From positions 3,638,847 to 3,702,846 of the forward strand of contig NW_003526945.1 in NCBI RefSeq assembly GCF_000181795.1: a DNA stretch of 64,000 bases, in the 5' to 3' direction. The DNA is from Trichinella spiralis (Eukaryota). Below, in pieces: positions 1 to 15,890 of this stretch; the stretch's first letter is position 1; the number at the start of each line of letters is the position of its first letter. The notes under the pieces are model-generated. The model did no database searches, had not been told where the DNA came from, and saw only the letters and a program-made list of their open reading frames with translations. The position numbers and the translations under genes were made by a program.

Positions 1-1366
1 TCGTGGAAGGATCGAGACTTCACGATTGTGCGCCGGTGCAAACGAATGCGTTCGATTGTGGTCCCGTTTCGTGCTTGTTTTTGAAAGCACCTGCTGCACG
101 GCATCGACATGAATTTCGGTGATCGGGGAGTCGGCGGCTTTGCGCACCGACCTGAAGTTTATGATCGATGCGGTATCCACTCCCGTCGTTCCGGCGACGG
201 ATAAGCTAAAGAAAAAACCTGACGGCTCAGCGACTCAGTTGACCCAGTTCCAGCAGAAGTTCCTGAGCGCTTCTGACAACTGGCAATCTCCTGATGTCGA
301 CTTGCAAGCGGTGTATGACGAAGTGGTGGAGAGTATTGTGTCCGGACACAATGAACCGAGCTCTCGTAACACCAGCCGTTTGCAAAAGAAAAGTCCGGGT
401 AAAGGAGGTAAAGGACAGGTTCGCCGACGCAGTGCGGTAACGCGTGACCCGGCATGGTTGAAATCTGCGTCAGCGGTTCAAAAGGCGTTCAATTCGGCAC
501 CGGCCCGTACTGTGAATGCAATCCTCCGGCGTCCGAATGCCTGTCCTTCTTTTACAGCCACGCAAGTGGCCGATCATTATTTTAATCTCAGACCGGCGGT
601 TACCTCGCTTGCACCCGAGGTTATTGACATCTTACCTCCGCCCGCCACTGACCACTCGATGCTTGTTGCGGAGTTGAGTGAGTCGGAGGTCTGGGAAAAG
701 ATACAGAAAGCACCCAACTCTGCGCCTGGTGCGGACAGGATCACCATTCGTATGGTGCGGATGGCAGATCCAGGTGCGATGATTCTCACCAGGTTCTACC
801 GTGCCTGTCTACTAAGAAAATGGGTGCCCCTGCAATGGAAGCAATCCGTGTGCAAGCTCCTTTATAAGGACGGGGATAAGGAGCGCCTCGCCAACTGGCG
901 GCCTATCGCCCTGGAGCCCGTGTTACAGCGGGTGCTCAGTGCGGTAGTCGCCAGCAGAGTGACGAACTGGGCGAGGGCAAACGGGTTGATTTCCTTGGAA
1001 GCCCAGAAAGGCTTCCAGCCAGCTGATGGTACCTCCGAGCACAATTTCGTCATGGAGGTTGCAATTCAAGAGGCAAGACGCACTAATGCACAGCTTGCCA
1101 TCAGCTGGTTAGACATCTCCAACGCCTTTGGCACAGTGTCGCACCAATTGTTGTTTTCGTTGTTGGAGCGGTGTTGGGCTGGACCCGACTTTGTACTAAC
1201 TTTATTCTGAATTTCGTCTAAAAGACCCGACCATTTGTATGCAAAGCGTGATGGTACCTCATGTTACCGCGCGCTGGTCAGTCGGAGTACGCCAAGTGAC
1301 CCTTGCAGTGGTATCATGTTTTTGTTTAGTTTGTTGAGCTGTCTTGCGTCAGTCTTACCATCTTTA
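1..1366 (+). mobile_element. Fragment of an R2-superfamily (NeSL/Utopia-like) non-LTR retrotransposon: Ulp1-like protease C-terminus, linker and N-terminal half of the reverse transcriptase; frameshifted and cut off at an N gap
   Basis: ORF 119-1210 has RT motifs SAPGADR, LLYKDGD..NWRPIAL, QKGF...GTSEH and WLDISNAFGTVSH. A frameshifted GVRQ(G)DPCS lies at ~1284-1308. PVQTNAFDCGP at 33-65 matches the C48 protease QxNxxDCG motif. GC is much higher than the flanks. Confidence 0.9.
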
Positions 1367-1376
1367 NNNNNNNNNN
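1367..1376. other. Assembly gap (10 N)
   Basis: Run of n at 1367-1376. Confidence 1.
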
Positions 1377-2920
1377 TAATTTTATAAAAATTTTATTTAT
1401 TCAATTTCATCAGTTGCAACGGACACAGAAGTAGGAATTCATAAAAGGGATCATAATGATTTACGCTGAGCATATATTTTTGCCTTGTGTGTATGGATGA
1501 ATGATACGCCTGCAAGCAAGATTCTCTGACAAATCTAGTACTAAATAATCAATTGCGAATAATTCCTAGTATCGGTATATAATAATTGTACCAATATTGT
1601 TTCCATATATGAAGAAAGAATTCATTAATACATTTTCTATGAGTGAGAATCAGAATATGACTATGAGAATCAACTGCAAGCATCATCAGTTGAATAAATG
1701 TAATACTGAACCGCTGAGATTTCTGCTTTAAGCGTTACTTGTTGTCCGCGAGAATTAGCACAAACCTTGACCAACAAATAAAAATCTTGTGCAGAACATC
1801 TGCTTGCTGACAACTGGCCGCAACTTTTCCACCAAACGTTGATAAAAATCAAATCAACCAAATCAATCATGACAAAACTGCAAATTTATAAAAATGAACA
1901 ACAGATGCGAACGTGTTGGCATTCTGCCAAGCAGACTACTTTTCTTTTCTTATTTCATTTGGAAAAAGAAAAATGAAATAAAATATGAAACAAAGCAGAA
2001 AATATTGCAGCCAGGTGTTTTGCGACTGCAAGCACAAGTTGACCTGGATGTTGCGAGCCATTGTTTTCTCGCCACACTGCTGAAAGCGCTTTAATTGTTA
2101 GCATGTCCCATCCCCAGCCAGCAAATGCAAACAGTGCACAGCAATTGTGCACTTCTCGATTGAGAAAAAAGAGAAAAGCACCAACTGCTGCTCTATTAAG
2201 CTTCCAGCTATTGACCGATTGGCCAAAGAAAGGTAAATCTAGAAAGGGCACAATTTTTCTGCACGTACAAGTAACCTTCTCTTTACAATTTCCTTTTATT
2301 AACCAAAATGCAAACGGGAAAATATACAAAATAAAAATGCAATTTTACAGACCAATATCGATTGGATAAAAAATAATTAATTACTAATTCCCTTCATAAA
2401 TGTATAGAACAATTATTTGGTAAAAGCCAAAAAGTGCAACAACTAAGAAATGAGTAATTTCAATCAATCTGCATCCAATTCTGGTTGGTAAAAGACAAGA
2501 TACAACAACAATGGGCATAAAACGTTGCAAATTATACACGTTAAAAATATGCAAATAACAGACCAAGAGCAATTTTTCGTGCACAATATGTGCAAAGTGC
2601 AAAAATAATAAAACTTTCACGAGACAAATTCAATTAAAAAATTGGTTGCTTGTTGGGCATTAGCAGGGCCATTTAGCCTGTCAAACAATCAATCGGACGG
2701 AACAGTGCAGACTGTAAATTCAATTATGATTCTTTTTTGGCCCACCCTCTTTCCTGTCAATAGAACTATTCGTAAATTTGGTAAAAAGGAATAAAACGAA
2801 TAAACCAAATTTGAACACATGGTAAAAAATAATAATTCGCATCACTCTATAAAAGATGACTGTATGAGCCAGGTAAAAATGGAAGACTTTGAATAACATA
2901 AACAAAATGCTACAATAAAT

Positions 2921-2923
<3 letters not shown>

Positions 2924-2971
<48 letters not shown>
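2924..2971. repeat. (TA)n microsatellite downstream of the dishevelled stop codon
   Basis: Direct reading, with one interruption. Confidence 0.95.
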
Positions 2972-3133
2972 CATGTATGTATGTAGGTATACATACATTT
3001 ATTTACTAGCACAGCACTAAAAAGACCAGTGATGATTTAAAAATTAACCTACTGACTAAGATAAAACTCGAAGATAAAAATGACGGATAAAATAGGACAA
3101 TAGAAAAGCTAATTCTTCTTGTCGGCAATGTTT

Positions 3134-6100
3134 TCACATAACGTCGACGAAAAATTCGCACGGATTTCCCATTGCCATGCGAAAGCTCTGTCGACTGCCG
3201 GATATGTCTGACTGCAGATCGTTAACATTACGCGACGTCGGCGACAACGGTCCTATCATTCCTTTGGATGTCATTGCGCCTACAGGCGGGCCGTAACCTT
3301 TAAGCTGAATGTTTGGATCAAGAGGAACACCTGGTGTCGAAGTCATTGGCAACAAACCTCCAACCACGCCTTTACGCACCCGTTCCGATTCATTGCTGCC
3401 ATTGGAACCAGCACTGCCAGCACTATTTGCATCTGAACGACTTGTCGGCGGTGCTCCCCCTTGATGCAACAAACCATCATTTATGAAACAGTTCAACTTT
3501 CTTTACAGAAAACCAATTATCAACTTACCGACAACTAAACTCGGAAAACTTCCGGCTTCATTGTTGTACTGATATGGTATGGGTACGTAACCGCTGGCTA
3601 CTGAAGATGTCTGTACAAACGATGGACATGCCTGATGAGGATAATAAGGATGCCCAACGTTTGATGACCATAATGTAGATGGTGTCATCGGTGGCGGTGG
3701 TAAAGCGGAGATAGAATCATGTTCTAACTGTGGCGGTTCTTCGCGATGAGGTTCCAATCTCAGACCCGCAAAATCTAATTTAAAAAATAACATGAAAATA
3801 AATGAATAATAAATAGATAATCTGCATGAACTTGCTTAAGAGAATTGTTTTTGCCAAAAAAAAATTTTTAACAGAAAGAAATAACCAACAAACAAATGAA
3901 TTAGCATAAATACATTCCATGTCCATACATATTAAAGAAAGAGAGAAAAAACTTACTGTCGCAAATATCGCCGAAAACATAATAGCACTGTTCGGCAAAG
4001 GTAATCTTGTTTACCGTGTGTTTGATGTATCCTTCTTTGAGCATTCGAGCCGCATACTTGCGCGCATCCCGCCGATCATAGAAACCCTGTACATTAGTAT
4101 ACAACCATTCAACCACATCCGAGCCTGAAAATAATTTCAAATAACTATATGCTAAATAAATCAAAGAGCATAACAATTCCATTACCAAGAAATGCATTCG
4201 GTATTGTAATTTTAAGCCATGTACGATCGCGAATTTCCAAACCAGATTCGGGTTTAGCCATCGCTCGAACTATTGTTAAAATATCGTGCACATTTACATC
4301 CAAATTGCATTCTTCCAAAAACTCTGTCACAAGAACAATAAAAAATTCCATTCATACATACACCTTCCCTACTGTTGTATTTCTTACTTTCTGCTTCAGG
4401 CACTGGAGTGAACGAGCCTGTATTGACTGACAATGGCCCAGGGTAATCAAGCGGCATCTCGGCTCGTAGAGCATTCGTGTGAGCTACCCACGCGCCCGGA
4501 TCAATCGGTCGAACAGGTTCAGTTCTAGGAATAGTGAAATAGCCTTTTGGATTCGGATCCCAACATTTTGCCACAACCAGCTTAATTGGACCCGGTTTTT
4601 GCACTGCTTCGCGCAAAACACGCACTGCGTCATCATTCGACATGCTTTCAAAAGAGATGTCATTTACTTGCAAAATCATATCCCCCGGTTCAATACGACC
4701 GTCCAATGCCACTGCCCCTCTAAAACATTATACCAGTATTATAATCACAACAATGTGGATTTTTCACACCTAGCAGACCCTTTCATGATTGAACCAACAT
4801 ATATACCACCATCTCCACCAAGCTGATTGCTATGGCCGACAATGCTAATACCAAGAAAATTAACTGTATCTGTAAAGTAAAATAATAATAAAAATAAGTC
4901 GCTTCTAGAATCAATCACCCTGAAAATAAAAAGTGCATTAAACCACTTTACCCATATTCAAAGTCACAGTAATAATGTTCAACGACATGCTCGATTCTGT
5001 TATGCTACTCACTGACGATGCCTAAATGAGAATAGAAAAATCACACCAGTATTAAGGTCATATTTGCCCGATTAAAAAAGGAATTCCAACTCGGCTCAAC
5101 AAAGTGCGCGGAAGTCGACGTCTCTTTTTCCGCTTCAAATACTGCCTGCTGACGCTAGTGATGTCCGTTGATGAAGAAATTCTGAAATAAAATTTGCAAA
5201 ATAAAAATGAAACATCTTGCAAAAACAACAGCATACCTGCTAGCTTGGTCATCTTCAGAATCCATAAAACTGGTAGAATCCAGATCGCTGGTTAAACCAT
5301 GTCCAACGTCAAAGCATCGTGCACGCATTCCTTTCGGATAACGTACTGCAAAATAGAATCGGAAATTTTAAATTTCGAAGCCAAACAGAAAATAAATACA
5401 GATATACACAACAACACATACCGCGCTCATGGAACTGCGGATGGAAGGATCGTCGATCCAATTTCGTCCCATATCGTGGAACTAAATCAAAAAATCCAAT
5501 AAAACAATCACAATAAATTGTCATTACATTTCGGCAATCCGGAAAGGGTGGATTCGGTTTCGGAAGAACATCCGGAAGGAACCAAATTATCTCTGCTATC
5601 CGCACGTCCCCCATGGAAACTTGGCGGTCTGCTTTCTCCAAGTCCCGAACTTCTGGTAGGCGGGTGCCGAGGAGAAGAATGACCATGCTGAGTTGTCGGG
5701 CCGTTGGCGTCAGAATGCGTGCTCCCTTCAGAAGTAACAAGCTGAAAAATTGTTCGTTGTTTTATTCGTCATTGTCACAAAATATTATCTTGGCGCCTAT
5801 TATTATTATTATTATTCACCCAAGATTCGACGCAACCGTTGAACGTCGGCAATTTAACAGCGTCGTCAGAAATTTCTTCTTTCACCACCCTAAAAGAAAA
5901 ATCAAACTTTGATCGATAAAAGTATTTTACAAAAAAACAAAACAAAACTTGAAACTCATCTCACGTTAGCGTTTACATCATAACAAATGTACAGTTAGTC
6001 ATCAAAATTACATTTCAAATTCGCAAATTTCGACAAAATTGACCTGTGTTCCATTGACAATGTCAAATAAAAGTTTCATAATTCAATGCAAATATTTCAA

Positions 6101-8019
6101 AATTTTTAAAAACATAACTTCTTATCATTTTCTCCGTTATAATTTCCCTTCCCAATTACTGAAGTCCTTGAACTAAAATTTCAATCTAATGAAACAGTTT
6201 TAAAAATAAATTTCTATTATTGAAAAACTACATTAAGTAAAACAAAGATTTCAAATTATTATTTAATTTATTGTAAACTTAAATGTGAAAATTTTTCTGA
6301 ATAGAAACTCTCTTCGCTGCTGCTTTCACAATATGATGATAGAACACTGTATTACACGTCAAAGATGCGAAGTAACGCTTGAAATAAAATTATGCTAACA
6401 GAACGTAAGGTAAATGTAAATAAACTTGTCAAACTCTTCAAAAAAAAAAACAAGAAAATATATTAACTAAGTAAATAATTTTCGCCCACTCAATCTTCTA
6501 CAAAATTATCTGATAAAAAGCACTTCATAGTCTATTTCTCAGCTAGTGCAACGCAGATGAACACAAATTGCCCTAAATGATGTGAGAAAAAAATTAAGAA
6601 AATTTCATAAATGAAAAAAAAAACAAATTCGTCTCATTTTAATTTGACAATTCATTCATTTTGTTTTCAAAAAATTTTCTGACTGCCATGTGAACAGATG
6701 TTCTAAAGCAAAGGCCAACTCGTACTTCATTAACGCAAATTGCACTTCAAATAGATCACATCGCTCACAGCTGCATAGAAATCAATAAGAAACTACACTT
6801 CCAATGAATGATTCAGCAGATCAATTCGGACAAAACAATTTCGATCTCAAATATTTGCAACTAACGATGAGAATTATTAAGCGAAAAACAATTATAAACC
6901 TATCCTTTCGAATTTCCATAAATAATAAGTGAATGAAAAGGAAAAAATCAACCCACTTCAGCTAGAAACGCTTCCTGCACTACTTTTCAATCGCTAAATG
7001 CAAAAAACAAATGATTAGAGTGCTTTTGGCCATGAGCTTCGAAATCAGTTAAATGAAAACCACCACCACCGTGCACAAAAATTTTCATCCCAAGCCTGTG
7101 TATACAGACAGATAACGCATGCAACGCAAAATTATCTAAGCATCAAACTTCTTTGTTTAAACTGTTCAAGAAATGCAGAATGTCAAATTTCTAAAATGAA
7201 ATTCCTACGTTACAACAAGCAAACAAAATATTTGCCTACCGCTTTCACTTCTGCAGCACTTGCCTGTGCAAATAAAGCTGGATGCAATTTTCGTTTTTAA
7301 AGAATTCGAAAATTCTCATCAATAAAATTAACACAAAACAAAACAAAACAACTTTTAATCATTTGCGTATTGACGTCTCTAATGACGAAGAAAAACAAAC
7401 AATCATTATGCAAGTCGATCGTTGAGCTCTAAGATGAAACTTAGATGAAAGACAAGTCGAATTTTATTGGAACATTTCCACCGTTTACGATGCTTAAATA
7501 GGAGCATTCAGCTATTTTAAATTAGCTTACATAAAATTTAATTGTACGCTAAACTAACATTGCAACACGTTTTCAATTACTTCGTGTAACTCATTGCACA
7601 CAAAAGCAATAAGTATTAACATGCATAACTAGACCAAAGCAGAAAACAGCACTGAGAAACTCCACTAAAAGAAACATCAAACTGGCAAACCAAAGTGGCA
7701 AAATAATTTTGAAATAATTTCTCAGAAGAATATTTCTGTTCAAAAAGAACGGATGCATTTTTATTATGTGCCACTGTTTCAGTGTAGAATGAAAGAAGCT
7801 TCAAATACCTTCAATTATCAAAAAAAAGAAAAATGTACTATCCAAATACACTTACCCAAAGTCATCGTCGACAGATTTAAAAAAGTATTTAAAATTAGGT
7901 CGATTAAGAGCCGCTTTAAAATGGCCAAGAGTGACTAAATCACTAGGCACAGGCAGTTTTATTAAATATGGGGTCTGCTCGTCATCGATGTGATAAATAA
8001 CTTTCGTTTCAACGTTCAT
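3134..8019 (-). CDS. dsh: Dishevelled (DIX-PDZ-DEP), multi-exon
   Basis: Exon 1 8019-7856 reads [30 protein letters not shown] (DIX). Exon ~5889-5820 reads [50 protein letters not shown]. Then [65 protein letters not shown]-terminus [17 protein letters not shown]. Confidence 0.97.
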
Positions 8020-9591
8020 CACCGCTAAAATTAGCGGACATACACCTACACGCAGCTACCTTGGTACTATAATATCTCATCAGACGGCGGCATTCTGATA
8101 TGCAGGTACATTTAAAAAACAAAAGTGGCTGCTTCATTTCGAAAATTGTAAAAATATAATTTATTTATTTGTAAATTACATGATTTTATCATTTTAATAG
8201 TATGTTTTATATTATTTCTTAAATATATTATTTCAAAATGTTTTAAAAATTACTGTACTTTACTGTAATTATTTGACAAAAATTTTATCTTTCAAAATTT
8301 GCGAACTTCGTAATAAATAATTTTTGAAATACCTTGCGTTTTAGGCATATTTTGTTTCTTATTGTAAATTTAAATGTTTTAACAATTCTAATAATAAAAT
8401 TGCAAATGATTATACCTTGCACATATAATGCAGTTTGAAAAGCAAACTTTTTTTGCAATAAAATAAGCATTTATTGCATTTTATCTTAATTGTGTTTATA
8501 TGTGTCAAATAGATTTATTTTTTTTAGAATTAGATTTTATTGCAAATATAAATTTATTGTTACGAGTACGCTAGTGCTATTTTAGAAGCTCAGTTCTTTT
8601 ACTTACAGTACGGTATTAGGCAAGCTGACCTTTTTTGCTTACAAGTTTGCAACACATTTCTTGCTTTTCCCTGTTCAGTTCCTTTACGAAACGTAGAAAA
8701 ACACACATATTTAATTAAATTTTTGAAATTTCAAAGCATGAATTATTAGTTTGCCATTTACTTTATTATGAAATAATTTGGATGAAATACAAATCATTTA
8801 TTTCATTTGTTTGCATTTTACTAGCAGCTGTTTGTTCTTGTTTTATTAGAGCCAACAAAAAAATTACATTTTATCTAAGCGCTGTTAAATGCTTGCTGCA
8901 TCTTTATTCTTAATATTTTACTTTTGCATAATTAAGGAAATTTTCTTAAGGTAAATGTGTATGGTGACTTTTACAAATGACTATTAATGCTTTATTGTAT
9001 AATATGACTTGATATGTATTATACATACATTGAAATCTTATGAAAATTTATTAAAAAATTATAAATTGACATTTAAAAAGTTACTGTTTTTTACTTTAAA
9101 TTTTTTATGTACTATTGTACTTTTGTTGTTCTTACTGTAGAGTAGGAAATTTTTGCATTTGCTGCAAATTCAAAATATAAGTGTTAACGATATAAAGTAT
9201 ACAGGCTCTATTTAAGTGTAAAGTATAAAGCGTTACTTTTTTCTTTCCAACATGCTGTACTACTTTATGTATTTACCTTTAATTAAAATGAGCTGTTTTA
9301 AGTAAAAAAAATTCTATACTGAGTTGTTTATAATTTAATTAGGAAAGAATTAAATGTTTTATAACTGCATATACTCATTGCTTTAATGCCAATAAATTAT
9401 TTTTCATGTAACAGAGTAGTACTGACTGCATTTTTCTATATCTGTATCCTGTAAAATTTTTCTTAATTATGGTTTAATCAATTATTGAGATATTTTTTAT
9501 TTCTTTGAGAATTTTCTTACTTATATTTGCATTATTTATTTTATTTATAAATAGTTTTAGGTTTAGTGATATAAGCTCCAGTAATTCCACT

Positions 9592-11704
<2,113 letters not shown>

Positions 11705-11950
11705 ATCATACGTATATTGCTTAAATAGCATTGTGTAACAGCATGTTTTATGTGAGACCTTATATTTCCTGATACGTGCATATGTAAAACTGTGTTGCTT
11801 AAAATATTTTGTATGTTAAATGTATCTGCACTGCAATTCTGTAGAATGTGAAGTCATAATAAATTCCAGTATTTTGCCGGTTCTCATTAAAATAAGGAAC
11901 GGTGATTATAAGGGATAGATAATTTGTGAAAAATGTTGCAAGATGGAACG

Positions 11951-13379
11951 TTAATTTCGTTTCCTGATGGAGTGTACGATGTACGAAATCCATTTTTTGA
12001 ATACGTATACCCGGCTGTAAACACCAGGTCGCATTGGCCTTGCACAACCAATACCCCAGCTGACTGTACCTCGCAACTCCCAGATGCCATCTTGTTCACA
12101 TACAAGCGGTCCACCGGAGTCACCCTTAGATAGAAATCACGCAGTGCATTTTTATTTAAACAATCGTCTAGTGGTAACGTACTTGACATGAATCTCTTCC
12201 ACCTTCGTCGAAACCAGCGCAAAACATAGTAGGAGAGACAAATCCACTGTAGCGTGAAGGTGCATTGCATTCCGCATTGGTCAATATGGGTACTTTGATC
12301 TGTTGCAGTATTTTACTTGGACTTCCGCCTGAACATTTACAGAAATTTCCTGTATTTTCAAAGTAACAAATGAACATCCTGTTTGAATAATAAATAAAAT
12401 TATATTTCACAAAGTTCATTGTCAAACAATACATTTATGAACGGGAAATTACACAGCATAAGGTTTCCTACAAAAATATTCCATGAATTTTTTTCTATGT
12501 TGAAATCTACCCATAAGATTGCAAAAAAGTGAAAATATTTCGTTACTATTTAATTGCGTTATTATGCAAAAATATTTTTTCATATTTTACATGTAAATAT
12601 TCCAATATTACATAAAAGTAATCAGATGGTACCTTCAACAGTTCGACCCCATCCAGTAACAATACATTTCTGACCAGGTGCAACATCAGAGGTCGGAAGG
12701 CAGACCAACGATTTTGAACTATTTTCCACAGCCGGTTTCAATAGCTGCAACACAGCTATGTCATAAGCAGGGCGTATACTTTTATTAAAAAATGGATGCG
12801 GATGAACACTTTTAACTTTTATTCGTCTACCAGAGCCGAGTTTGTTTGAATTTATCAAGACTGAATATGCGGATGACATATATCTGAAATATAAGTTTAA
12901 ATTCGATAAATGTATTTTGTTTTTAATTGAAATCCTGCTTCAGTACATCACAGCAAAGCATGTCCAGTTAAGAAAATTCTCCAGTAAATATTATTTTTAT
13001 TTCGTATGTAAAATTCAAAAAATAACAACAATGATATTACTTATTAGCAATGCAATGTGCGGCGGTGACAACAATGTCAGGTTGAACGAGGCTACCTCCG
13101 CATGCAAAGTGATTACCATAGTAGAGTGCGACCATCCAGGGCCAAGCTCCATCTGGAGCATCGACACCGCCTACTATGCGAAAGGAATCTGCAGCGATAG
13201 TTGACTCTTCAGAGACACCACACGCATGCACACTTTCACCTGATAACAAAAGCTAAAATTTACTGGACGCAATCTTTCGCAACAAAACTATATAGAATCT
13301 GAACTGCTGACTTACCGAAAGCAATTAAACAAAAAATAACAACAATATACAGTATACAAGCAATACTTTTGTTAGACAT
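11951..13379 (-). CDS. Secreted trypsin-like (S1) serine protease
   Basis: Signal exon [21 protein letters not shown] (13379-13316). Activation site R-IVGG. Catalytic triad TAAHC, YDIAVL and DSCQ|GDSGGP (split by an intron). Asp at the S1 position indicates trypsin specificity. Stop at 11953-11951. Confidence 0.95.
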
Positions 13380-14502
13380 TACGCATTTTCAAATGCCTAC
13401 TTATTGCAATGAGCTTCGATTTCTCAATTGAACAAAAATTTACATTTAATCTCTAGGATATCATAGCTCAAGGCTTAAACATACTTTACATTAATACTTA
13501 TTGTAAAGAAAATATATTTAGAATGCATGTTGAAAATATTTACTTAAAATAATACATGTTGAAATTAGTTAATATTATGCAATGCTGAAAATGCTTACTT
13601 AAAAGTTTTAATAATAAAACAAATTTACAGTACTACAAAATTCATATTAGTAGTGATGATTCAATTCAAACAACTTACAGTTGCATTGAAATGTATTTCC
13701 ATTTCATTTTTTGGAATTTTATATTATTATTAATCACTATTGCAAATGCACGTATAATATTTGAGCATAATTTATTAGAGAACAACAAAAATATGACAGA
13801 ATCTAGAGTAAAAAGTTTTTCACGAATATACACTTCCTGATATGTTTTATGAAATTTTGGAAAGACTCGTGCTTTTCTCTCATTAAAAAGAAATCTGACC
13901 GCCTCACAGAATTCAGACTCTTTATCTTGTAAAATACGTATCTCTCAATCCATCGGGAAGTTGAACAACTTGATTCATATTATGAAACATTGAACAGCTT
14001 GTTCCAAGGCAGACAAACTTTTCTCAGGTTGAACAATGTTCGGAAGAAATTTTATCGCCTTCATCATCATTGTTCAGACGGAGCAATGATCCGCTCATGA
14101 AGAAGTTTTATTTCATGATCTTCCTTGGGAGTTCTTCAGAACCTTGTTGCTTCAAATCAGCGTTACAAATATTTTCTGGAGTACTTCGCTTGCTGGATTT
14201 CCAAAGGGTGATGCATCTCCCGTTGTTACCTATGATTTCTGGGAATTCAATTCTGCCATACTTCCCACTTCATTTCACCCAGATTTGGTAATTCATATTT
14301 CCAAAGGAATTGTCGTTTGAGTAAATATAAATACTCAAATACTGAAAATGCCCAAAGTAATCATTTTCCTAAAGTGAGCATGCAGTGCTACGAAGAAAAT
14401 CTGCACATCACTATCACTTTAAAAAGGCGGTCTTCTTCTTCAAACACCAGGCAATTTCAGGATTCTGGTGTATTATCATGTAGACTTTACAGATGGTTCC
14501 TT

Positions 14503-15890
14503 GTAAATCTTCCCAAAGCTGCCTCGCGTTTCTTTTGTAACAGCGATCTTTGTATGGTCGATGCGCAGTAGCGGTTCTGATTCTTAAACGGTTTCATTCT
14601 TCAAGCGTTGAAAGTAACCAGATGATCTTCATCATTTCATATTGTACTAGATGGCGCAGCCTGATCAGCATAAATCACCGCTTCATATGAACATTCCCCT
14701 TCCTGATTATCCAGGAATAGCTGGGCTAATAGACCGGTTCAAATTTTGCTCGCACTGTTTGTTCATCGCCTGCGTTATCTTCAACTGACGGGGAACGACC
14801 TGCTGCACTGCGCTTTTCTGTTTAATGACGCCTCAAGCCAATCATGGCAAAATGCCAATGATGCAACTAAACGAGTTATCAGCGTCAGCTAACACAGCCG
14901 CTGAGTGCTCTTTTCAAATGCATGCCGACGTTCTTTGTTTGAAAACAACAAAACAGCGCAATTGTTTCTTCATAAATTTGAGCGAATTTAACGGCATCTT
15001 TAGCATGGTTGATAACTGAATAATAAAAACAAACAAACATCTTTTCAGTCTCACATACCATAACTGAGAGAACTTTGCGGCGTCTTCGAGACGATTCGAT
15101 TAATAGTAGAATAATGATGGAAAAATATCTTCTTAGCTTCACAAGAAACCATAGTCGTCATTTACTAATGCATCGGTACTAATGTAGCGCTTTAGCATCG
15201 GATATATAAGCGAATTTTCGTCAATTTCGCGAGCCTTTTCTCAGCACAGCTCGAGTGACAACAAGCCACAGTAATCGATGACAACAAGCAGTCTACTAAT
15301 TTCCTCCTACTGTATAGTTTGTCTACTTGAGTTTCATTTTTCGTTGATCAAAAATATTTATGTAATGTTGCTTTTATGAGCAATTTTTTGTTTTTCTGGT
15401 TTTTTATTTGCTTTTTTTCTTAGAATTTTTGTCTGATTTTATTGGTTGATTCATGTCCTTAAATTTCTGCACAATGTGCTCTTGTACATCGGTTCCTGAT
15501 TATTCTTTTGTTTCAAATTAAACGTCATAATTACTTTTCCATTTCGTCCTATCGAGTACTGTTATAAAAGGAAAACACTGTCTGCCTGTATTTCACTCAG
15601 ATGGTCATTTATCAGACGCTATTGAATTTGAATTGATAATTTTAATTTTTTCCGTGATGCTACTATAGCCATGTATTTTAATTGTCACGGTTTTTTGGCG
15701 AAAGATGTTTGTTATTTTCTGGTGTATAAATAACTTAATGGAATTTTATTTCATGATTTTCATTAAAATTTACGAATTGTTGCTCGAATGGATCATGATG
15801 CACGTGAACTTGGTGCTACTGCTGCAATTGTTGATTGAATGCTGATACTGAAATTCGTAGCGCTCACCGTCTTTGTAATTGGTGTTCAAT
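14503..15890. repeat. ~1.39 kb dispersed repeat, copy 1 (inverted copy at 51708-53098); possibly a degenerate transposon or segmental duplicate
   Basis: Reverse complement matches 51708-53098 with only scattered substitutions. Twin ORFs at 14825 (MTPQANHGK..) and 52776 (MTSQANHGK..). Confidence 0.95.

Noticed and set aside
2720..2998. YIYI-repeat ORF (also the poly-Leu ORF at 29048-29332 and the TH/CV ORFs at 43857-44117)
   Set aside because: These are translations of microsatellites.
1367..3133. Retrotransposon inserted next to the dishevelled 3' end, and short ORFs at 1670-2620
   Set aside because: Adjacency crosses an N gap beside error-rich sequence, so it is unproven. The ORFs lack motifs and exon structure.
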